Made by a program: the position numbers and the translations under genes. A stretch of DNA of 32,000 nt from Vibrio vulnificus CMCP6 (GTDB taxonomy: Bacteria > Pseudomonadota > Gammaproteobacteria > Enterobacterales > Vibrionaceae): NCBI RefSeq assembly GCF_000039765.1, contig NC_004459.3, positions 750,001 through 782,000 of the forward strand, in the 5' to 3' direction. Shown here piece after piece: positions 1 to 11,066 of the stretch (its first letter is position 1; every line of letters begins with the position of its first letter). The notes beneath the pieces are model-generated. The model searched no databases. It was not told the DNA's origin and saw only the letters and a list, made by a program, of their open reading frames with translations.

Positions 1-2
1 AA

Positions 3-161
3 CCAAAACATAAAGCGCACGTTGATGTAAACGTGGCAACGTTGCCCAAAACTGCTTTACGTTGGACAAAATACGCTGGTAATCAAATTGAGCAATACGC
101 TGTTTACACAGCGCCAGATAATCTACCTGAGCCTTCTTCTTTCTACGTCGATTCATGCTAG
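3..161 (+). CDS. C-terminal fragment of an unidentified protein entering from the left window edge (...KHKAHVDVNVATLPKTALRWTKYAGNQIEQYAVYTAPDNLPEPSSFYVDSC*)
   Basis: Open frame from the window edge to TAG at 159-161; no recognisable domain. Confidence 0.3.
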   Translation, partial: PKHKAHVDVNVATLPKTALRWTKYAGNQIEQYAVYTAPDNLPEPSSFYVDSC

Positions 162-382
162 TGCTTCTCCAAACCCTTTGCACTCAGTATAAAAATACAA
201 ATTGGCTGAGTATAGTGCTTTCCGATGACAGTGAGTCATTACAAGGTAAAAATGGTTAAAAAGCGTGAAGGAAAACGTTCCTTTTACACGGCCATTCGCC
301 CCTCGGTGAGAGATGGGCCATTTAAACCTGTAGCCTAAACTGTTATCCTTTCGCTTTCATTCGTTCAATAAGAGTGACTTTT

Positions 383-1004
383 ATGTCCTGACATTAAATT
401 TGAAACCGTAGAAGAGAAAGCAAGCTACGGTATCGGCCTACAAATGGGCCAGCAGCTAGCAGGTTCAGGTCTTGATGGCCTAAACGTTGCAGCCATCGCA
501 GCGGGTATCGCCACATCTCTAACAGGCGACATGCCAGCGGTAGAAGTAGACGAAATCAACAAAGCGCTACACGAGCTATACACTCGCGCAGAATCTGCGC
601 GTGCAGAAGCGGCAAAAGCCGCAGCGGCTGACGGCGAGGTATTCCTAAAAGACAACGCGCTTCGTCCAGAAGTAACGGTTCTTGAGTCTGGCCTGCAATA
701 CGAAATCATCACCGAAGGTAATGGCGAAATCCCAACGTCAGACAAAACCGTACGTGTTCACTACCATGGCGAACTGGTTGACGGCACCGTTTTCGATAGC
801 TCAGTATCACGTGGCCAACCAGCGCAATTCCCAGTAACGGGTGTGATTAAAGGTTGGGTTGAAGCACTACAACTGATGCCTGTAGGCTCTAAATGGAAAC
901 TGTACATCCCACACGATCTTGCTTACGGCGAGCGTGGTGCGGGCGCGTCCATTCCTCCATTTGCAGCACTTGTATTTGAAGTAGAACTGCTAGACATCGT
1001 TTAA
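383..1004 (+). CDS. fklB: FKBP-type peptidyl-prolyl cis-trans isomerase, FklB-like; start region appears frameshifted (intact ORF only from ATG 444)
   Basis: Protein contains [54 protein letters not shown] and [24 protein letters not shown], typical of FKBP. Reading in frame upstream of ATG 444 gives [18 protein letters not shown], but ATG 383 reads ATG TCC TGA. Confidence 0.9.
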
Positions 1005-1028
1005 TCTAAACTTGTAGCATTTCTCATA

Positions 1029-1059
1029 ACGGCGACACATTGTGTCGCCGTTTTTTTTG
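1029..1059 (+). terminator. Rho-independent terminator after fklB
   Basis: ACGGCGACAC-ATT-GTGTCGCCGT followed by a T8 tract. Confidence 0.9.
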
Positions 1060-1137
1060 GATAATACTGAAACCATTCAAAACAAGAATATTCGGTTGCG
1101 ACAATACCGAAAATAAGTCAGAAAATAAGGAAATATT

Positions 1138-1633
1138 ATGTACAAGAAAATCGCTATCGCCGCCTTTGTCAGTGTTGCACTTATGGGATGTCAAACGACA
1201 TCGAAACAAACTCAAACAGGTACCGAAAGTGGCTATAGCGAAATCGCTAATGCGGCGCTGATGGGCGCAGTTCAAACATGGTCTCAAAAAGGAGCTGCCG
1301 ATAGCGATCTCGTCTCCGCGATACAAAATAGCACTAATGTGTCATCTGAACAGGCTATTGGCGGGATCGGCTCACTACTCGCGTTAGCTCAAAACTCATT
1401 GAGCAGTAACGAAAACAATGAGTTATCGGGGCTCATTCCGGGATTTGATTCTTTACAGTCAAGTGGCTTGACGGCTTTAATTAGTAATAACGAAACGGTT
1501 AAGAGCGCATTTTCTGCATTGGGCTTAGATCCAGCTCTTATTTCAACCTTTACACCGATCATCCTAAGCGCACTACAAAAACCAGGGCGCAAGCTCAGGT
1601 TTGCTAGATAGCCTTTCTTCTATCTGGAAATAA
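1138..1633 (+). CDS. Small DUF2780 (VcgC/VcgE)-like lipoprotein; apparent +1 frameshift near the 3' end (continuous ORF ends at 1611)
   Basis: Signal peptide and lipobox-like MYKKIAIAAFVSVALMGCQ. The body AIGGIGSLLALAQNSLSSNENNELSGLIPGFDSL...FSALGLDPALISTFTPIILSALQ resembles DUF2780 proteins. Removing one C at ~1582-1583 restores QGASSGLLDSLSSIWK* ending at 1633. Confidence 0.7.
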
Positions 1634-1659
1634 GCGAAGCGAGAAGCGAGAAAATGTTG

Positions 1660-1690
1660 AAGGGTTGGCGCAGTGCCAACCCTTTTCTTT
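1660..1690 (+). terminator. Rho-independent terminator after the DUF2780-like gene
   Basis: AAGGGTTGGC-GCAGT-GCCAACCCTT followed by TTCTTT. Confidence 0.8.
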
Positions 1691-1853
1691 AAATTCGATA
1701 ATGAAATCCAAATTAGGACCCAGTGCTGTCTGCAACTTTTGACTCTCTCTCCGCGATCTCATCTCGAAGAACGGAGTTCGCTCGCGATTCTCTGAGCGAA
1801 GCTTTCTCAAAGGAAGTAAGGTGTGGCTCGTTATTTCCTTACCTTACAAACGC

Positions 1854-1883
1854 AAAAAAGCCGAGCTAATGCTCGGCTTTTCT
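1854..1883 (-). terminator. Alpha operon terminator (downstream of rplQ)
   Basis: Minus strand AAAAGCCGAGC-ATTA-GCTCGGCTTTTTTG, stem 1856-1881. Confidence 0.9.
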
Positions 1884-1899
1884 GTTCTTACGAACCTGA

Positions 1900-2283
1900 T
1901 TACTCAGCAGCAGCTTCTTCAGCAGCTGGGCGATCTACAAGCTCAATGTAAGCCATTGGAGCTTTGTCACCAGCACGGAAGCCAGCTTTTAGGATACGAG
2001 TGTAACCGCCCTGACGAGCAGCAAAACGTGGACCTAGTTCGTTAAATAGCTTTGCAACTACTTCGTTGTCACGAGTACGTGCAAACGCAAGACGACGGTT
2101 AGCAACACTGTCAGTCTTAGCTAGTGTAATCAAAGGCTCAACTACGCGACGTAGCTCTTTAGCTTTTGGCAATGTAGTCTTGATAACTTCATGACGTACA
2201 AGAGAGCTAGCCATGTTGCTGAACATCGCTTTGCGATGTGAGCTGTTGCGGTTGAGTTGACGACCACTCTTACGATGGCGCAT
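1900..2283 (-). CDS. rplQ: 50S ribosomal protein L17
   Basis: [32 protein letters not shown]; position after rpoA. Confidence 0.99.
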   Translation of the reverse strand: MRHRKSGRQLNRNSSHRKAMFSNMASSLVRHEVIKTTLPKAKELRRVVEPLITLAKTDSVANRRLAFARTRDNEVVAKLFNELGPRFAARQGGYTRILKAGFRAGDKAPMAYIELVDRPAAEEAAAE

Positions 2284-2309
2284 GACCTAATCCTTCTAAC
2301 TAGTATCGA

Positions 2310-3302
2310 TTAATCTTCAGCGATTGATGCAGGTGGCCAGTTTTCTAGGCGCATGCCCAGAGACAGACCACGTGACGCAAGTACGTCTTTAATCTCAGTA
2401 AGAGATTTTTTACCAAGGTTTGGCGTTTTAAGTAGCTCAACCTCAGTACGTTGTACTAGATCACCGATGTAGTGAATCGCTTCTGCTTTCAGACAGTTAG
2501 CAGAGCGAACTGTTAGTTCAAGATCGTCTACAGGACGCAGTAGGATCGGATCGAATTCTGGCTTCTCTTCCTTCTCCTCAGGTACACGTACATCACGAAG
2601 ATCTACGAACGCATCCAATTGCTCAGCAAGAATAGTTGCTGCGCGACGGATTGCTTCCTCAGGTTCAAGAGTACCGTTCGTTTCCATATCGATAACAAGC
2701 TTGTCTAAGTCAGTGCGCTGTTCTACACGAGCTGCTTCTACAGCGTAGGCAATTTTGTCTACTGGGCTGTAAGTAGCGTCTACGAGTAGGCGACCGATTG
2801 GACGCTCATCTTCTTCAGTATGGATACGAGCTGAAGCTGGAACATAACCACGACCACGTTCTACTTTGATGCGCATTGCGATCTCTGCGTTGTCATCCGT
2901 TAGGTGACAAATTACGTGTTCAGGGTTAGCGATCTCTACATCACCGTCATGGGTGATGTCACCTGCAACCACAGGGCCCGAGCCTGATTTGTTCAGTGTA
3001 ATGAACACTTCATCTTTGCCTTCGGCAACGCGTACAGCCAAACCTTTTAGGTTTAGTAGGATTTCAAGAATATCTTCTTGAACGCCTTCTTTAGTGCTGT
3101 ACTCATGAAGAACGCCTTCAATTTCTACTTCTGTTACAGCACAACCTGGCATAGAAGATAGAAGAATACGGCGAAGTGCATTACCTAGAGTATGGCCGAA
3201 ACCACGCTCCAATGGCTCAAGAGTTACTTTTGCGTGGGTCGAGCTGATCTGTTCGATGTCAACTAGACGTGGCTTAAGAAATTCTGTTACAGAACCCTGC
3301 AT
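2310..3302 (-). CDS. rpoA: RNA polymerase alpha subunit
   Basis: [19 protein letters not shown]... with alpha-[42 protein letters not shown]-type sequence. Confidence 0.99.
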   Translation of the reverse strand: MQGSVTEFLKPRLVDIEQISSTHAKVTLEPLERGFGHTLGNALRRILLSSMPGCAVTEVEIEGVLHEYSTKEGVQEDILEILLNLKGLAVRVAEGKDEVFITLNKSGSGPVVAGDITHDGDVEIANPEHVICHLTDDNAEIAMRIKVERGRGYVPASARIHTEEDERPIGRLLVDATYSPVDKIAYAVEAARVEQRTDLDKLVIDMETNGTLEPEEAIRRAATILAEQLDAFVDLRDVRVPEEKEEKPEFDPILLRPVDDLELTVRSANCLKAEAIHYIGDLVQRTEVELLKTPNLGKKSLTEIKDVLASRGLSLGMRLENWPPASIAED

Positions 3303-3325
3303 TGTGTCCTCTCTTTAGTTTAACC

Positions 3326-3946
3326 TTACTTAGAGTAAAGCTCGACGATCAATTGTTCGTTGATGTCAGCTGATAGATCTGAACGTTCAGGCATACGCTT
3401 GAATGTACCTTCCATCTTGCCAGCATCTACTTCAATCCAAGTTGGTTTTTCACGTTGTTCAGCAACTTCTAGAGCTGCTTTGATACGAGTTTGCTGTTTA
3501 GCTTTCTCGCGAATTGAAACAACGTCGTTAGCCGCTACTTTGAAAGAAGGAACGTTTACAACTTTACCGTTTACTAGGATAGCTTTGTGGCTAACTAGCT
3601 GACGTGCTTCTGCGCGAGTTGCGCCAAAGCCCATGCGGTAAACTACGTTATCAAGACGACCTTCAAGAAGCTGAAGTAGGTTTTCACCTGTGTTGCCTTT
3701 AAGACGAGCAGCTTCTGCGTAGTAGTTACGGAATTGTTTTTCTAGAACGCCGTACATACGACGTACTTTTTGCTTCTCACGAAGCTGAACGCCATACTCA
3801 GATAGACGACCGCGACGAGCGCCGTGTACACCTGGTGCGTTATCAATTTTACACTTGGTATCGATCGCGCGAACACCAGACTTAAGGAACAAGTCAGTGC
3901 CTTCACGACGGCTAAGCTTCAGCTTAGGACCCAAATATCTTGCCAT
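3326..3946 (-). CDS. rpsD: 30S ribosomal protein S4
   Basis: [33 protein letters not shown]; operon position. Confidence 0.99.
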   Translation of the reverse strand: MARYLGPKLKLSRREGTDLFLKSGVRAIDTKCKIDNAPGVHGARRGRLSEYGVQLREKQKVRRMYGVLEKQFRNYYAEAARLKGNTGENLLQLLEGRLDNVVYRMGFGATRAEARQLVSHKAILVNGKVVNVPSFKVAANDVVSIREKAKQQTRIKAALEVAEQREKPTWIEVDAGKMEGTFKRMPERSDLSADINEQLIVELYSK

Positions 3947-3973
3947 GATCTTTCTCCAGTAATCTAAAAAACG

Positions 3974-4369
<396 letters not shown>

Positions 4370-4381
4370 CTACCTTCCCGA

Positions 4382-4738
4382 TTATTTCTTGATCGGCTTA
4401 CGCGGACCCTTACGGGTGCGAGCGTTGGTTTTAGTACGCTGTCCACGTAGAGGTAGACTGCGACGATGACGAAGACCACGGTAACAGCCAAGGTCCATAA
4501 GACGCTTGATGTTCATAGATACTTCACGACGTAGATCACCTTCTACAGTGTACTTAGCTACACCATCACGCAGTTGATCGATCTGCTCTTCAGTTAGTTC
4601 ACTGATCTTAACATCTTCAGCAATACCCACGTCAGCTAGGATAGCTTTTGAGCGAGTTTTACCGATACCGTAGATCGCAGTTAGAGCGATTACAGCATGT
4701 TTCTGATCAGGAATGTTAATGCCTGCAATACGGGCCAT
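4382..4738 (-). CDS. rpsM: 30S ribosomal protein S13
   Basis: [30 protein letters not shown]. Confidence 0.99.
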   Translation of the reverse strand: MARIAGINIPDQKHAVIALTAIYGIGKTRSKAILADVGIAEDVKISELTEEQIDQLRDGVAKYTVEGDLRREVSMNIKRLMDLGCYRGLRHRRSLPLRGQRTKTNARTRKGPRKPIKK

Positions 4739-4870
4739 TATTCACTCCTAGGTTTCATAAAAGAATTATCCGCAGCAAAGCCCGTGTCGGATACGCTGCG
4801 GGATACTACTTCTTTTGCACGCAAAAGGTAGGCCGAGGAATATACTCGACACTACCTTTTATTTCAAGTA
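4739..4870 (-). promoter_or_regulatory. Alpha operon leader region (candidate S4-regulated alpha_RBS-type structure) plus a strong hairpin
   Basis: Non-coding interval between rpmJ and rpsM. Minus-strand hairpin at 4823-4860: AAAAGGTAG...CGAG...CTCG...CTACCTTTT. S4 autoregulation of this leader is known in E. coli; the assignment here rests on position. Confidence 0.5.
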
Positions 4871-4884
4871 AAAATTTCTGCTGA

Positions 4885-4998
4885 TTAGCCTTGGCGCTGC
4901 TTGTGCTTTGGCTCACTGCAAATCACGCGAACTACACCGTTACGCTTGATTACTTTACAGTTACGGCAGATTTTTTTAACGGAAGCACGAACTTTCAT
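4885..4998 (-). CDS. rpmJ: 50S ribosomal protein L36 (absent from the supplied ORF track)
   Basis: Hand translation of the minus strand: [37 protein letters not shown]; between rpsM and secY. Confidence 0.98.
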
Positions 4999-5036
4999 TG
5001 CTAAACTCCGTAATTGAAACTGAAACTACCGCCGGA

Positions 5037-6371
5037 TTAACGACCGTAGCCTTTCAGATTCGCTTTCTTCAACACAGACTCATATTGATGAGACATCATA
5101 TGTGTCTGTACCTGTGCCATAAAGTCCATAATTACAACAACTACGATAAGTAGTGATGTACCGCCGAAGTAGAAACGTACGTTCCACGCGACCATCATGA
5201 ACTCCGGAATCAGACAGATAAAGGTAATATAAAGCGCACCAGCTAAGGTTAAACGCGTCATTACTTTATCAATGTACTTGGCTGTCTGCTCGCCTGGGCG
5301 GATACCGGGTACGAATGCACCTGACTTCTTCAGGTTATCTGCTGTTTCACGCGGGTTGAAAACCAACGCCGTGTAGAAGAAACAGAAGAAAATAATCGCT
5401 GCTGCATAAAGCATTACATATAGCGGTTGACCAGGACTTAGAGCCAATGACACGTCAGTTAACCAACCGAACGCGCTGCTTTCACCATTCTGACCGAACC
5501 ACTGGGCCAATGTTCCAGGGAACAGGATAATGCTTGATGCGAAAATCGCAGGAATTACACCAGCCATATTAATTTTCAATGGAAGGTGCGAGCTTTGTGC
5601 TGCAAATACTTTACGACCTTGTTGACGCTTCGCGTAGTTAACAACGATACGACGTTGACCACGCTCCATGAAAACAACGAAGTAAATTACAGCAAAAGCC
5701 AAAACTGCAATTAACAGCAGAAGAAGTACATGCAATTCACCTTGACGCGCTTGCTCGATTGTTTGACCGATTGCCGAAGGCAATCCAGCAACAATACCTG
5801 CAAAGATCAGTAATGAAATACCATTACCAATTCCACGCTCAGTAATTTGTTCACCTAACCACATTAAGAACATGGTACCGGTTACTAAACTCACGGTTGC
5901 AATTAGCGTAAACATGGTTTGATCGATAACGACCAGATTGTCGACCATGTTTGGTAAGCCAGTTGCAATACCAATAGCCTGGAATGTTGCAAGTACAAGC
6001 GTGCCGTAGCGTGTGTATTGGCTGATCTTACGACGGCCTGCTTCACCCTCTTTCTTGAGTTCAGCTAACGCTGGATGAACTACAGTTAGCAACTGGACAA
6101 CAATAGATGCCGAAATATACGGCATGATGCCCAGAGCTAAAATAGATGCACGCTCAAGAGCACCACCGGAGAACATGTTAAACATTTCAACGATGGTACC
6201 TTTTTGCTGTTCGAACAAATCGGCAAGTACAGCAGCGTCAATACCAGGAATCGGCACAAAAGAGCCAGCTCGGAATACTAAAAGTGCACCAATTACGAAT
6301 AATAAGCGCGACTTCAGTTCACTTAAGCCGCTCTGAGCACTACGAAAATCTTGTCCTGGTTTCTTAGCCAT
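5037..6371 (-). CDS. secY: Preprotein translocase subunit SecY
   Basis: [45 protein letters not shown]... multi-pass membrane protein. Confidence 0.99.
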   Translation of the reverse strand: MAKKPGQDFRSAQSGLSELKSRLLFVIGALLVFRAGSFVPIPGIDAAVLADLFEQQKGTIVEMFNMFSGGALERASILALGIMPYISASIVVQLLTVVHPALAELKKEGEAGRRKISQYTRYGTLVLATFQAIGIATGLPNMVDNLVVIDQTMFTLIATVSLVTGTMFLMWLGEQITERGIGNGISLLIFAGIVAGLPSAIGQTIEQARQGELHVLLLLLIAVLAFAVIYFVVFMERGQRRIVVNYAKRQQGRKVFAAQSSHLPLKINMAGVIPAIFASSIILFPGTLAQWFGQNGESSAFGWLTDVSLALSPGQPLYVMLYAAAIIFFCFFYTALVFNPRETADNLKKSGAFVPGIRPGEQTAKYIDKVMTRLTLAGALYITFICLIPEFMMVAWNVRFYFGGTSLLIVVVVIMDFMAQVQTHMMSHQYESVLKKANLKGYGR

Positions 6372-6391
6372 CTGTACCTCGTTCCTCGAGA

Positions 6392-6826
6392 TTATTCCTC
6401 GATTTTACCGCCTGCAGCTTCGATTGCAGCTTTAGCGCCTTTAGTCACACGTAGACCTTTAACAGTCACTGCCTTGTTGATTTCACCAGAAAGAACGATT
6501 TTCACGTTCTCAATGTTTTTGGTGATAACGTTAGCAGCTTTAAGGCTGTTTAGATCAACCACGTCACCAGTTACTTTCGCTAGCTCAGCTACGCGAACTT
6601 CAGCAGACACTAGGCTCTTACGAGAAGTGAAACCGAATTTTGGTAGACGTTGTTTTAGAGGCATCTGACCGCCTTCAAAACCTGGACGAACTTTACCGCC
6701 AGAACGTGACTTTTGACCTTTGTGACCGCGGCCACCTGTTTTACCAAGGCCAGAACCGATACCGCGACCTACACGCTTAGGAGCATGCTTAGAGCCAGCA
6801 GCCGGTGATAGAGTATTCAAACGCAT
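6392..6826 (-). CDS. rplO: 50S ribosomal protein L15
   Basis: [43 protein letters not shown]. Confidence 0.99.
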   Translation of the reverse strand: MRLNTLSPAAGSKHAPKRVGRGIGSGLGKTGGRGHKGQKSRSGGKVRPGFEGGQMPLKQRLPKFGFTSRKSLVSAEVRVAELAKVTGDVVDLNSLKAANVITKNIENVKIVLSGEINKAVTVKGLRVTKGAKAAIEAAGGKIEE

Positions 6827-6832
6827 TTCTGA

Positions 6833-7009
6833 TTACTCCTCAACTTTAACCATGTAGTAAACCTTGTTGATCATACCGCGAATGCACGGAGTATCTTCAA
6901 GTTCTACTGTGTGGTTGATACGACGAAGACCTAGACCACGAAGTGTAGCTTTGTGCTTAGGTAGACGACCAATTGAGCTTTTAGTTTGTGTTACTTTGAT
7001 AGTTGCCAT
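6833..7009 (-). CDS. rpmD: 50S ribosomal protein L30
   Basis: [36 protein letters not shown]; start moved inward from the ORF track (7036) to the conserved MATIKV start. Confidence 0.98.
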   Translation of the reverse strand: MATIKVTQTKSSIGRLPKHKATLRGLGLRRINHTVELEDTPCIRGMINKVYYMVKVEE

Positions 7010-7016
7010 GGTGTTC

Positions 7017-7520
7017 TTACTCCGAAATAGCTTCAACAGTTAGACCACGTTTAGCAGCAACCATTTCTGGTGACTTAACGTCTACTAGCGCATCAATCGT
7101 TGCACGAACGATGTTGATTGGGTTAGTAGAGCCGTACGCTTTAGACAGTACGTTGTGTACACCAGCAACTTCTAGTACTGCACGCATCGCACCACCTGCG
7201 ATAACACCAGTACCTTCTGCAGCAGGCTGCATGTAAACTTTAGAGCCCGAGTGGCGACCTTTCACTGGGTGGTGAAGTGTGCCTTCGTTAAGTGCGATAG
7301 TAACCATGTTACGACGCGCTTTTTCCATTGCTTTTTGGATCGCTGCAGGTACTTCACGAGCTTTGCCGTAACCGAAACCTACACGACCGTTACCGTCACC
7401 AACTACTGTTAGTGCAGTAAAGCTCATGATTCGACCACCTTTAACCGTTTTAGAAACACGGTTAACTGCGATTAGCTTTTCTTGCAAATCATTCGCTTGA
7501 ACTTGTTGTTCTTTAGCCAT
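7017..7520 (-). CDS. rpsE: 30S ribosomal protein S5
   Basis: [60 protein letters not shown]. Confidence 0.99.
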   Translation of the reverse strand: MAKEQQVQANDLQEKLIAVNRVSKTVKGGRIMSFTALTVVGDGNGRVGFGYGKAREVPAAIQKAMEKARRNMVTIALNEGTLHHPVKGRHSGSKVYMQPAAEGTGVIAGGAMRAVLEVAGVHNVLSKAYGSTNPINIVRATIDALVDVKSPEMVAAKRGLTVEAISE

Positions 7521-7534
7521 CTTCCAACCCTACC

Positions 7535-7888
7535 TTAGAATTTCAGACCAGCTTCGCGAGCAGAATCTGCTAGCGCCGCTACTCGACCGTGGTATTGGAA
7601 ACCAGAACGATCGAATGCAACAGTAGATACGCCTTTTTCAAGAGCGCGCTCTGCTACAGCTTTACCAACTGCTTTAGCTGCTTCGATGTTACCAGTGTAT
7701 TTCACTTGCTCACGGATCGCTTTTTCTACAGTAGAAGCTGCTGCGATAACCTCAGAGCCGTTTGCTGCGATAACTTGAGCGTAAACGTGGCGAGGAGTAC
7801 GGTGTACTACCAGGCGAGTTGCACCAAGTTCTGCAATCTTACGACGTGCACGTGTAGCACGACGGATGCGAGATGCTTTCTTATCCAT
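7535..7888 (-). CDS. rplR: 50S ribosomal protein L18
   Basis: [40 protein letters not shown]. Confidence 0.99.
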   Translation of the reverse strand: MDKKASRIRRATRARRKIAELGATRLVVHRTPRHVYAQVIAANGSEVIAAASTVEKAIREQVKYTGNIEAAKAVGKAVAERALEKGVSTVAFDRSGFQYHGRVAALADSAREAGLKF

Positions 7889-7897
7889 AGTGTTACC

Positions 7898-8431
7898 TTA
7901 CTTCTTCTTAGCTTCTTTACTACGCACATTTTCATCTGCGTAACGAATACCTTTACCTTTGTAAGGCTCAGGCGCGCGGTAAGCACGAATGTCTGCTGCA
8001 ACTTGACCGATCAACTGCTTATCACAACCAGTTAGAACGATTTCAGTTTGGCTAGGACACTCAGCTTTGATACCCGCTGGCAATTCATGCTCAACTGGGT
8101 GAGAGAAGCCAAGAGTTAGACCAACCGCATTGCCTTTGATAGCAGCACGGTAACCTACACCCTTAAGGATTAGCTTACGGGTAAAGCCTTCAGTAACACC
8201 TACAACCATGTTGTTAACTAGAGCGCGAGCAGTACCTGCTTGTGCCCATGCGTTAGCAACACCTTCGCGAGGACCGAAAGTTAGCTTGTTTTCTTCCTGA
8301 GCGATAACTACTGCGTTGTTGATAACGCGAGATAGTTCACCTTTAGCACCTTTTACAGTGATTTCTTGGCCGTTCAGTTTCACCTCTACGCCAGCTGGAA
8401 TAGCGACAGGTGCTTTAGCAACACGAGACAT
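7898..8431 (-). CDS. rplF: 50S ribosomal protein L6
   Basis: [35 protein letters not shown]. Confidence 0.99.
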   Translation of the reverse strand: MSRVAKAPVAIPAGVEVKLNGQEITVKGAKGELSRVINNAVVIAQEENKLTFGPREGVANAWAQAGTARALVNNMVVGVTEGFTRKLILKGVGYRAAIKGNAVGLTLGFSHPVEHELPAGIKAECPSQTEIVLTGCDKQLIGQVAADIRAYRAPEPYKGKGIRYADENVRSKEAKKK

Positions 8432-8443
8432 ATTCTACTCCTA

Positions 8444-8836
8444 TTAAGCTACGTAGCAGATGATTTCACCACCAAGACCTGCTTTACGAGCAGCACGGTC
8501 TGACATCAGACCCTTGGAAGTGGAAACTACAGCAACACCTAGACCACCCATAACAGATGGCAGATCGTCTTTCTTCTTGTAGACGCGCAGACCTGGGCGT
8601 GAAACACGCTTAAGTTGCTCGATTACTGGTTTAGCTTGGAAGTACTTAAGAGTAACTTCTAGCTCAGGTTTTGCTTCGCCTTCAACAGCGAAGTCAACGA
8701 TGTAACCTTCAGCCTTTAGTAGTGCAGCGATTGCAACTTTCAGCTTTGAAGAAGGCATTTTAACAGCAACTTTGTTTGCTGCCTGACCGTTACGAATACG
8801 GGTCAGCATATCCGAAATCGGATCTTGCATGCTCAT
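8444..8836 (-). CDS. rpsH: 30S ribosomal protein S8
   Basis: [33 protein letters not shown]. Confidence 0.99.
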   Translation of the reverse strand: MSMQDPISDMLTRIRNGQAANKVAVKMPSSKLKVAIAALLKAEGYIVDFAVEGEAKPELEVTLKYFQAKPVIEQLKRVSRPGLRVYKKKDDLPSVMGGLGVAVVSTSKGLMSDRAARKAGLGGEIICYVA

Positions 8837-8866
8837 ATGATTTACTCCAAATGATTAAAGTGGCAA

Positions 8867-9172
8867 TTACCAGCTAGCCTTACGAAGTCCAGGAATCTCG
8901 CCTTTCATGCAAGCTTCACGAACTTTGATACGGCTCAGACCGAATTTACGTAGGTAACCGTGTGGACGACCAGTTTGGTTACAACGGTTGCGCTGACGTG
9001 ACGCACTAGAATCACGTGGAAGAGTTTGCAGTTTTAGAACCGCATTCCAACGATCTTCTTCAGATACATTTACATCGCTGATGATAGCTTTTAGAGAAGC
9101 ACGCTTTTCAGCGAACTTAGCTACTAGCTTTGCACGTTTTGCTTCACGTGCTTTCATTGATTGTTTAGCCAT
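8867..9172 (-). CDS. rpsN: 30S ribosomal protein S14
   Basis: [30 protein letters not shown]...[26 protein letters not shown]. Confidence 0.99.
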   Translation of the reverse strand: MAKQSMKAREAKRAKLVAKFAEKRASLKAIISDVNVSEEDRWNAVLKLQTLPRDSSASRQRNRCNQTGRPHGYLRKFGLSRIKVREACMKGEIPGLRKASW

Positions 9173-9189
9173 AACAGTAACCCTTCACC

Positions 9190-9729
9190 TTACTTACGGA
9201 ATGGGAAGTTAAAGGCAGCCAGCAGAGCACGGCCTTCCTCATCAGTACCAGCAGACGTCGTAATAGTGATGTCTAGGCCGCGTACACGATCAACTTTATC
9301 AAAGTCGATTTCCGGGAAGATGATTTGCTCGCGAACGCCCATGCTGTAGTTACCGCGACCGTCAAAAGACTTAGCGTTAACACCACGGAAGTCACGTACA
9401 CGTGGAAGAGCGATAGAGATTAAACGCTCCATAAAATCCCACATACGTTCGCCACGCAAGGTTACTTTACAACCGATAGGGTAGCCTTCGCGGATTTTGA
9501 AACCTGCAACAGATTTACGCGCTTTAGTGATAAGTGGCTTTTGACCAGAGATCGTTGCCATATCAGCAGCTGCGTTTTCTAGCAGTTTCTTATCGTTGAT
9601 AGCATCGCCCACACCCATGTTAAGGGTGATCTTTTCGATTCTAGGGACTTGCATGACGCTTGTGTAACCGAACTGTTTGGTCAGTTCAGCGACTACAGAC
9701 GACTTGTAGTAATCATGCAGTTTCGCCAT
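9190..9729 (-). CDS. rplE: 50S ribosomal protein L5
   Basis: [41 protein letters not shown]. Confidence 0.99.
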   Translation of the reverse strand: MAKLHDYYKSSVVAELTKQFGYTSVMQVPRIEKITLNMGVGDAINDKKLLENAAADMATISGQKPLITKARKSVAGFKIREGYPIGCKVTLRGERMWDFMERLISIALPRVRDFRGVNAKSFDGRGNYSMGVREQIIFPEIDFDKVDRVRGLDITITTSAGTDEEGRALLAAFNFPFRK

Positions 9730-9755
9730 AGTAGAACTCCAAATTACTTTCTAAA

Positions 9756-10073
9756 TTAGTTAGAAACAGTTTCACCGTTAGACTTGAAGAAACGAACCTT
9801 TTGGCCGTCTTCAAAACGGAAACCGATACGGTCAGCTTTACCAGTAGCTGCGTTAAAGATCGCCACGTTAGAAACGTCGATTGCTGCTTCTTGCTCTACG
9901 ATACCGCCTTGGATACCTAGTGCAGGAACAGGTTTCTGGTGTTTCTTAACAAGGTTGATACCTTCAACGATAACTTTACCAGTTGCTAGGACCTTAGTTA
10001 CTTTACCTTTCTTGCCTTTATCTTTACCAGCAAGAACGATTACTTCGTCGTTACGACGGATTTTAGCTGCCAT
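9756..10073 (-). CDS. rplX: 50S ribosomal protein L24
   Basis: [29 protein letters not shown]. Confidence 0.99.
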
Positions 10074-10086
10074 TTTTTGCCGCTCC

Positions 10087-10458
10087 TTACAGAACTTCTG
10101 GAGCCAGTGAAACGATCTTCATGAACTTATCGCCACGAAGTTCGCGAGTCACAGGACCAAAGATACGTGTACCGATTGGTTGCTCAGTGTTGTTGTTTAG
10201 CAACACACAAGCATTTCGGTCGAAGCGAATGACAGAACCGTCTGGACGACGTACGCCTTTACGGGTGCGAACTACCACCGCCTTCAGAACGTCACCTTTT
10301 TTAACTTTACCGCGAGGAATTGCTTCCTTAACAGTAACTTTGATAACGTCACCGATATGTGCATAACGGCGGTGAGAGCCACCCAGAACCTTAATACACA
10401 TTACGCTGCGAGCGCCTGAGTTATCAGCTGCGTCCAGCATACTTTGCATTTGGATCAT
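10087..10458 (-). CDS. rplN: 50S ribosomal protein L14
   Basis: [46 protein letters not shown]. Confidence 0.99.
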
Positions 10459-10478
10459 GTTAGTGCTCCGCTAAATAT

Positions 10479-10503
10479 TAAAAAAACTAGACCCTCTCGG
10501 GTC
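10479..10503 (-). promoter_or_regulatory. Terminator-like hairpin inside the spc operon 5' leader (candidate attenuator)
   Basis: Minus strand GACCC-GAGA-GGGTC-TAG-TTTTTTT: 5-bp stem, GNRA-type tetraloop, T tract; lies between the candidate Pspc and rplN. Confidence 0.45.
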
Positions 10504-10529
10504 GGGCTGCCTCTTTATAAGGGACGCGA

Positions 10530-10558
10530 ATTGTACCACCCTTTTTTGTGATTGGGTA
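10530..10558 (-). promoter_or_regulatory. Candidate spc operon promoter
   Basis: Minus strand TACCCA (10553-10558), 17-bp spacer, TACAAT (10530-10535), located just after the S10 operon terminator as in the E. coli arrangement. Confidence 0.65.
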
Positions 10559-10560
10559 GT

Positions 10561-10599
10561 CAAAAAATAAACGGCCCCAAAAAAATTTTGGAGCCGTTT
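10561..10599 (-). terminator. S10 operon terminator (downstream of rpsQ)
   Basis: Minus strand AAACGGCTCC-AAAATTTTTTT-GGGGCCGTTT-ATTTTTTG. Confidence 0.85.
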
Positions 10600-10620
10600 A
10601 TATTCATAGAATAGTGAAGA

Positions 10621-10875
10621 TTAGATCTTCGCTTTTTCTACAACTTTTACCAAAGTCCAAGACTTAGTCTTAGACAGTGGACGACATTCACGAATTTCAA
10701 CAGTGTCGCCAATGCCACACTCGTTGTTTTCGTCATGTGCGTGAACTTTAGTCGTGCGCTTAACGAATTTACCGTAGATAGGGTGCTTCACCATGCGCTC
10801 GATAGCAACAACGATAGACTTGTCCATCTTGTCGCTAACAACACGACCTAGTTGAGTACGAATTTTGTCGCTCAT
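10621..10875 (-). CDS. rpsQ: 30S ribosomal protein S17
   Basis: [37 protein letters not shown]. Confidence 0.99.
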   Translation of the reverse strand: MSDKIRTQLGRVVSDKMDKSIVVAIERMVKHPIYGKFVKRTTKVHAHDENNECGIGDTVEIRECRPLSKTKSWTLVKVVEKAKI

Positions 10876-11066
10876 TATGCGCCTGCCTTCTCAGTCAAAA
10901 CAGTTTTCACACGTGCGATATCACGGCGTACAGCTTTCAGAGTATGAGTTTGCTGTAGTTGACCAGTTGCAGCTTGCATGCGCAAGTTGAACTGTTCACG
11001 TAGCAAATTCAATAGCTCAGAGTTAAGCTCTTCAACGCTCTTTTCGCGTAGATCTTGTGCTTTCAT
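10875..11066 (-). CDS. rpmC: 50S ribosomal protein L29
   Basis: [41 protein letters not shown]; conserved start is the second Met of the ORF-track call. Confidence 0.97.
   Translation of the reverse strand: MKAQDLREKSVEELNSELLNLLREQFNLRMQAATGQLQQTHTLKAVRRDIARVKTVLTEKAGA

Noticed and set aside
1604-1810. 68-aa minus-strand ORF between the DUF2780-like gene and rplQ.
   Set aside because: Overlaps two terminators and repeat-rich intergenic DNA; no recognisable motif.
3360-3602. Plus-strand ORFs opposite ribosomal protein genes (also 4035..4253, 4250..4469, 7003..7236, 7589..8035, 9784..10110, 12230..12499, 12919..13158).
   Set aside because: Antisense to conserved ribosomal genes; open only because of codon bias.
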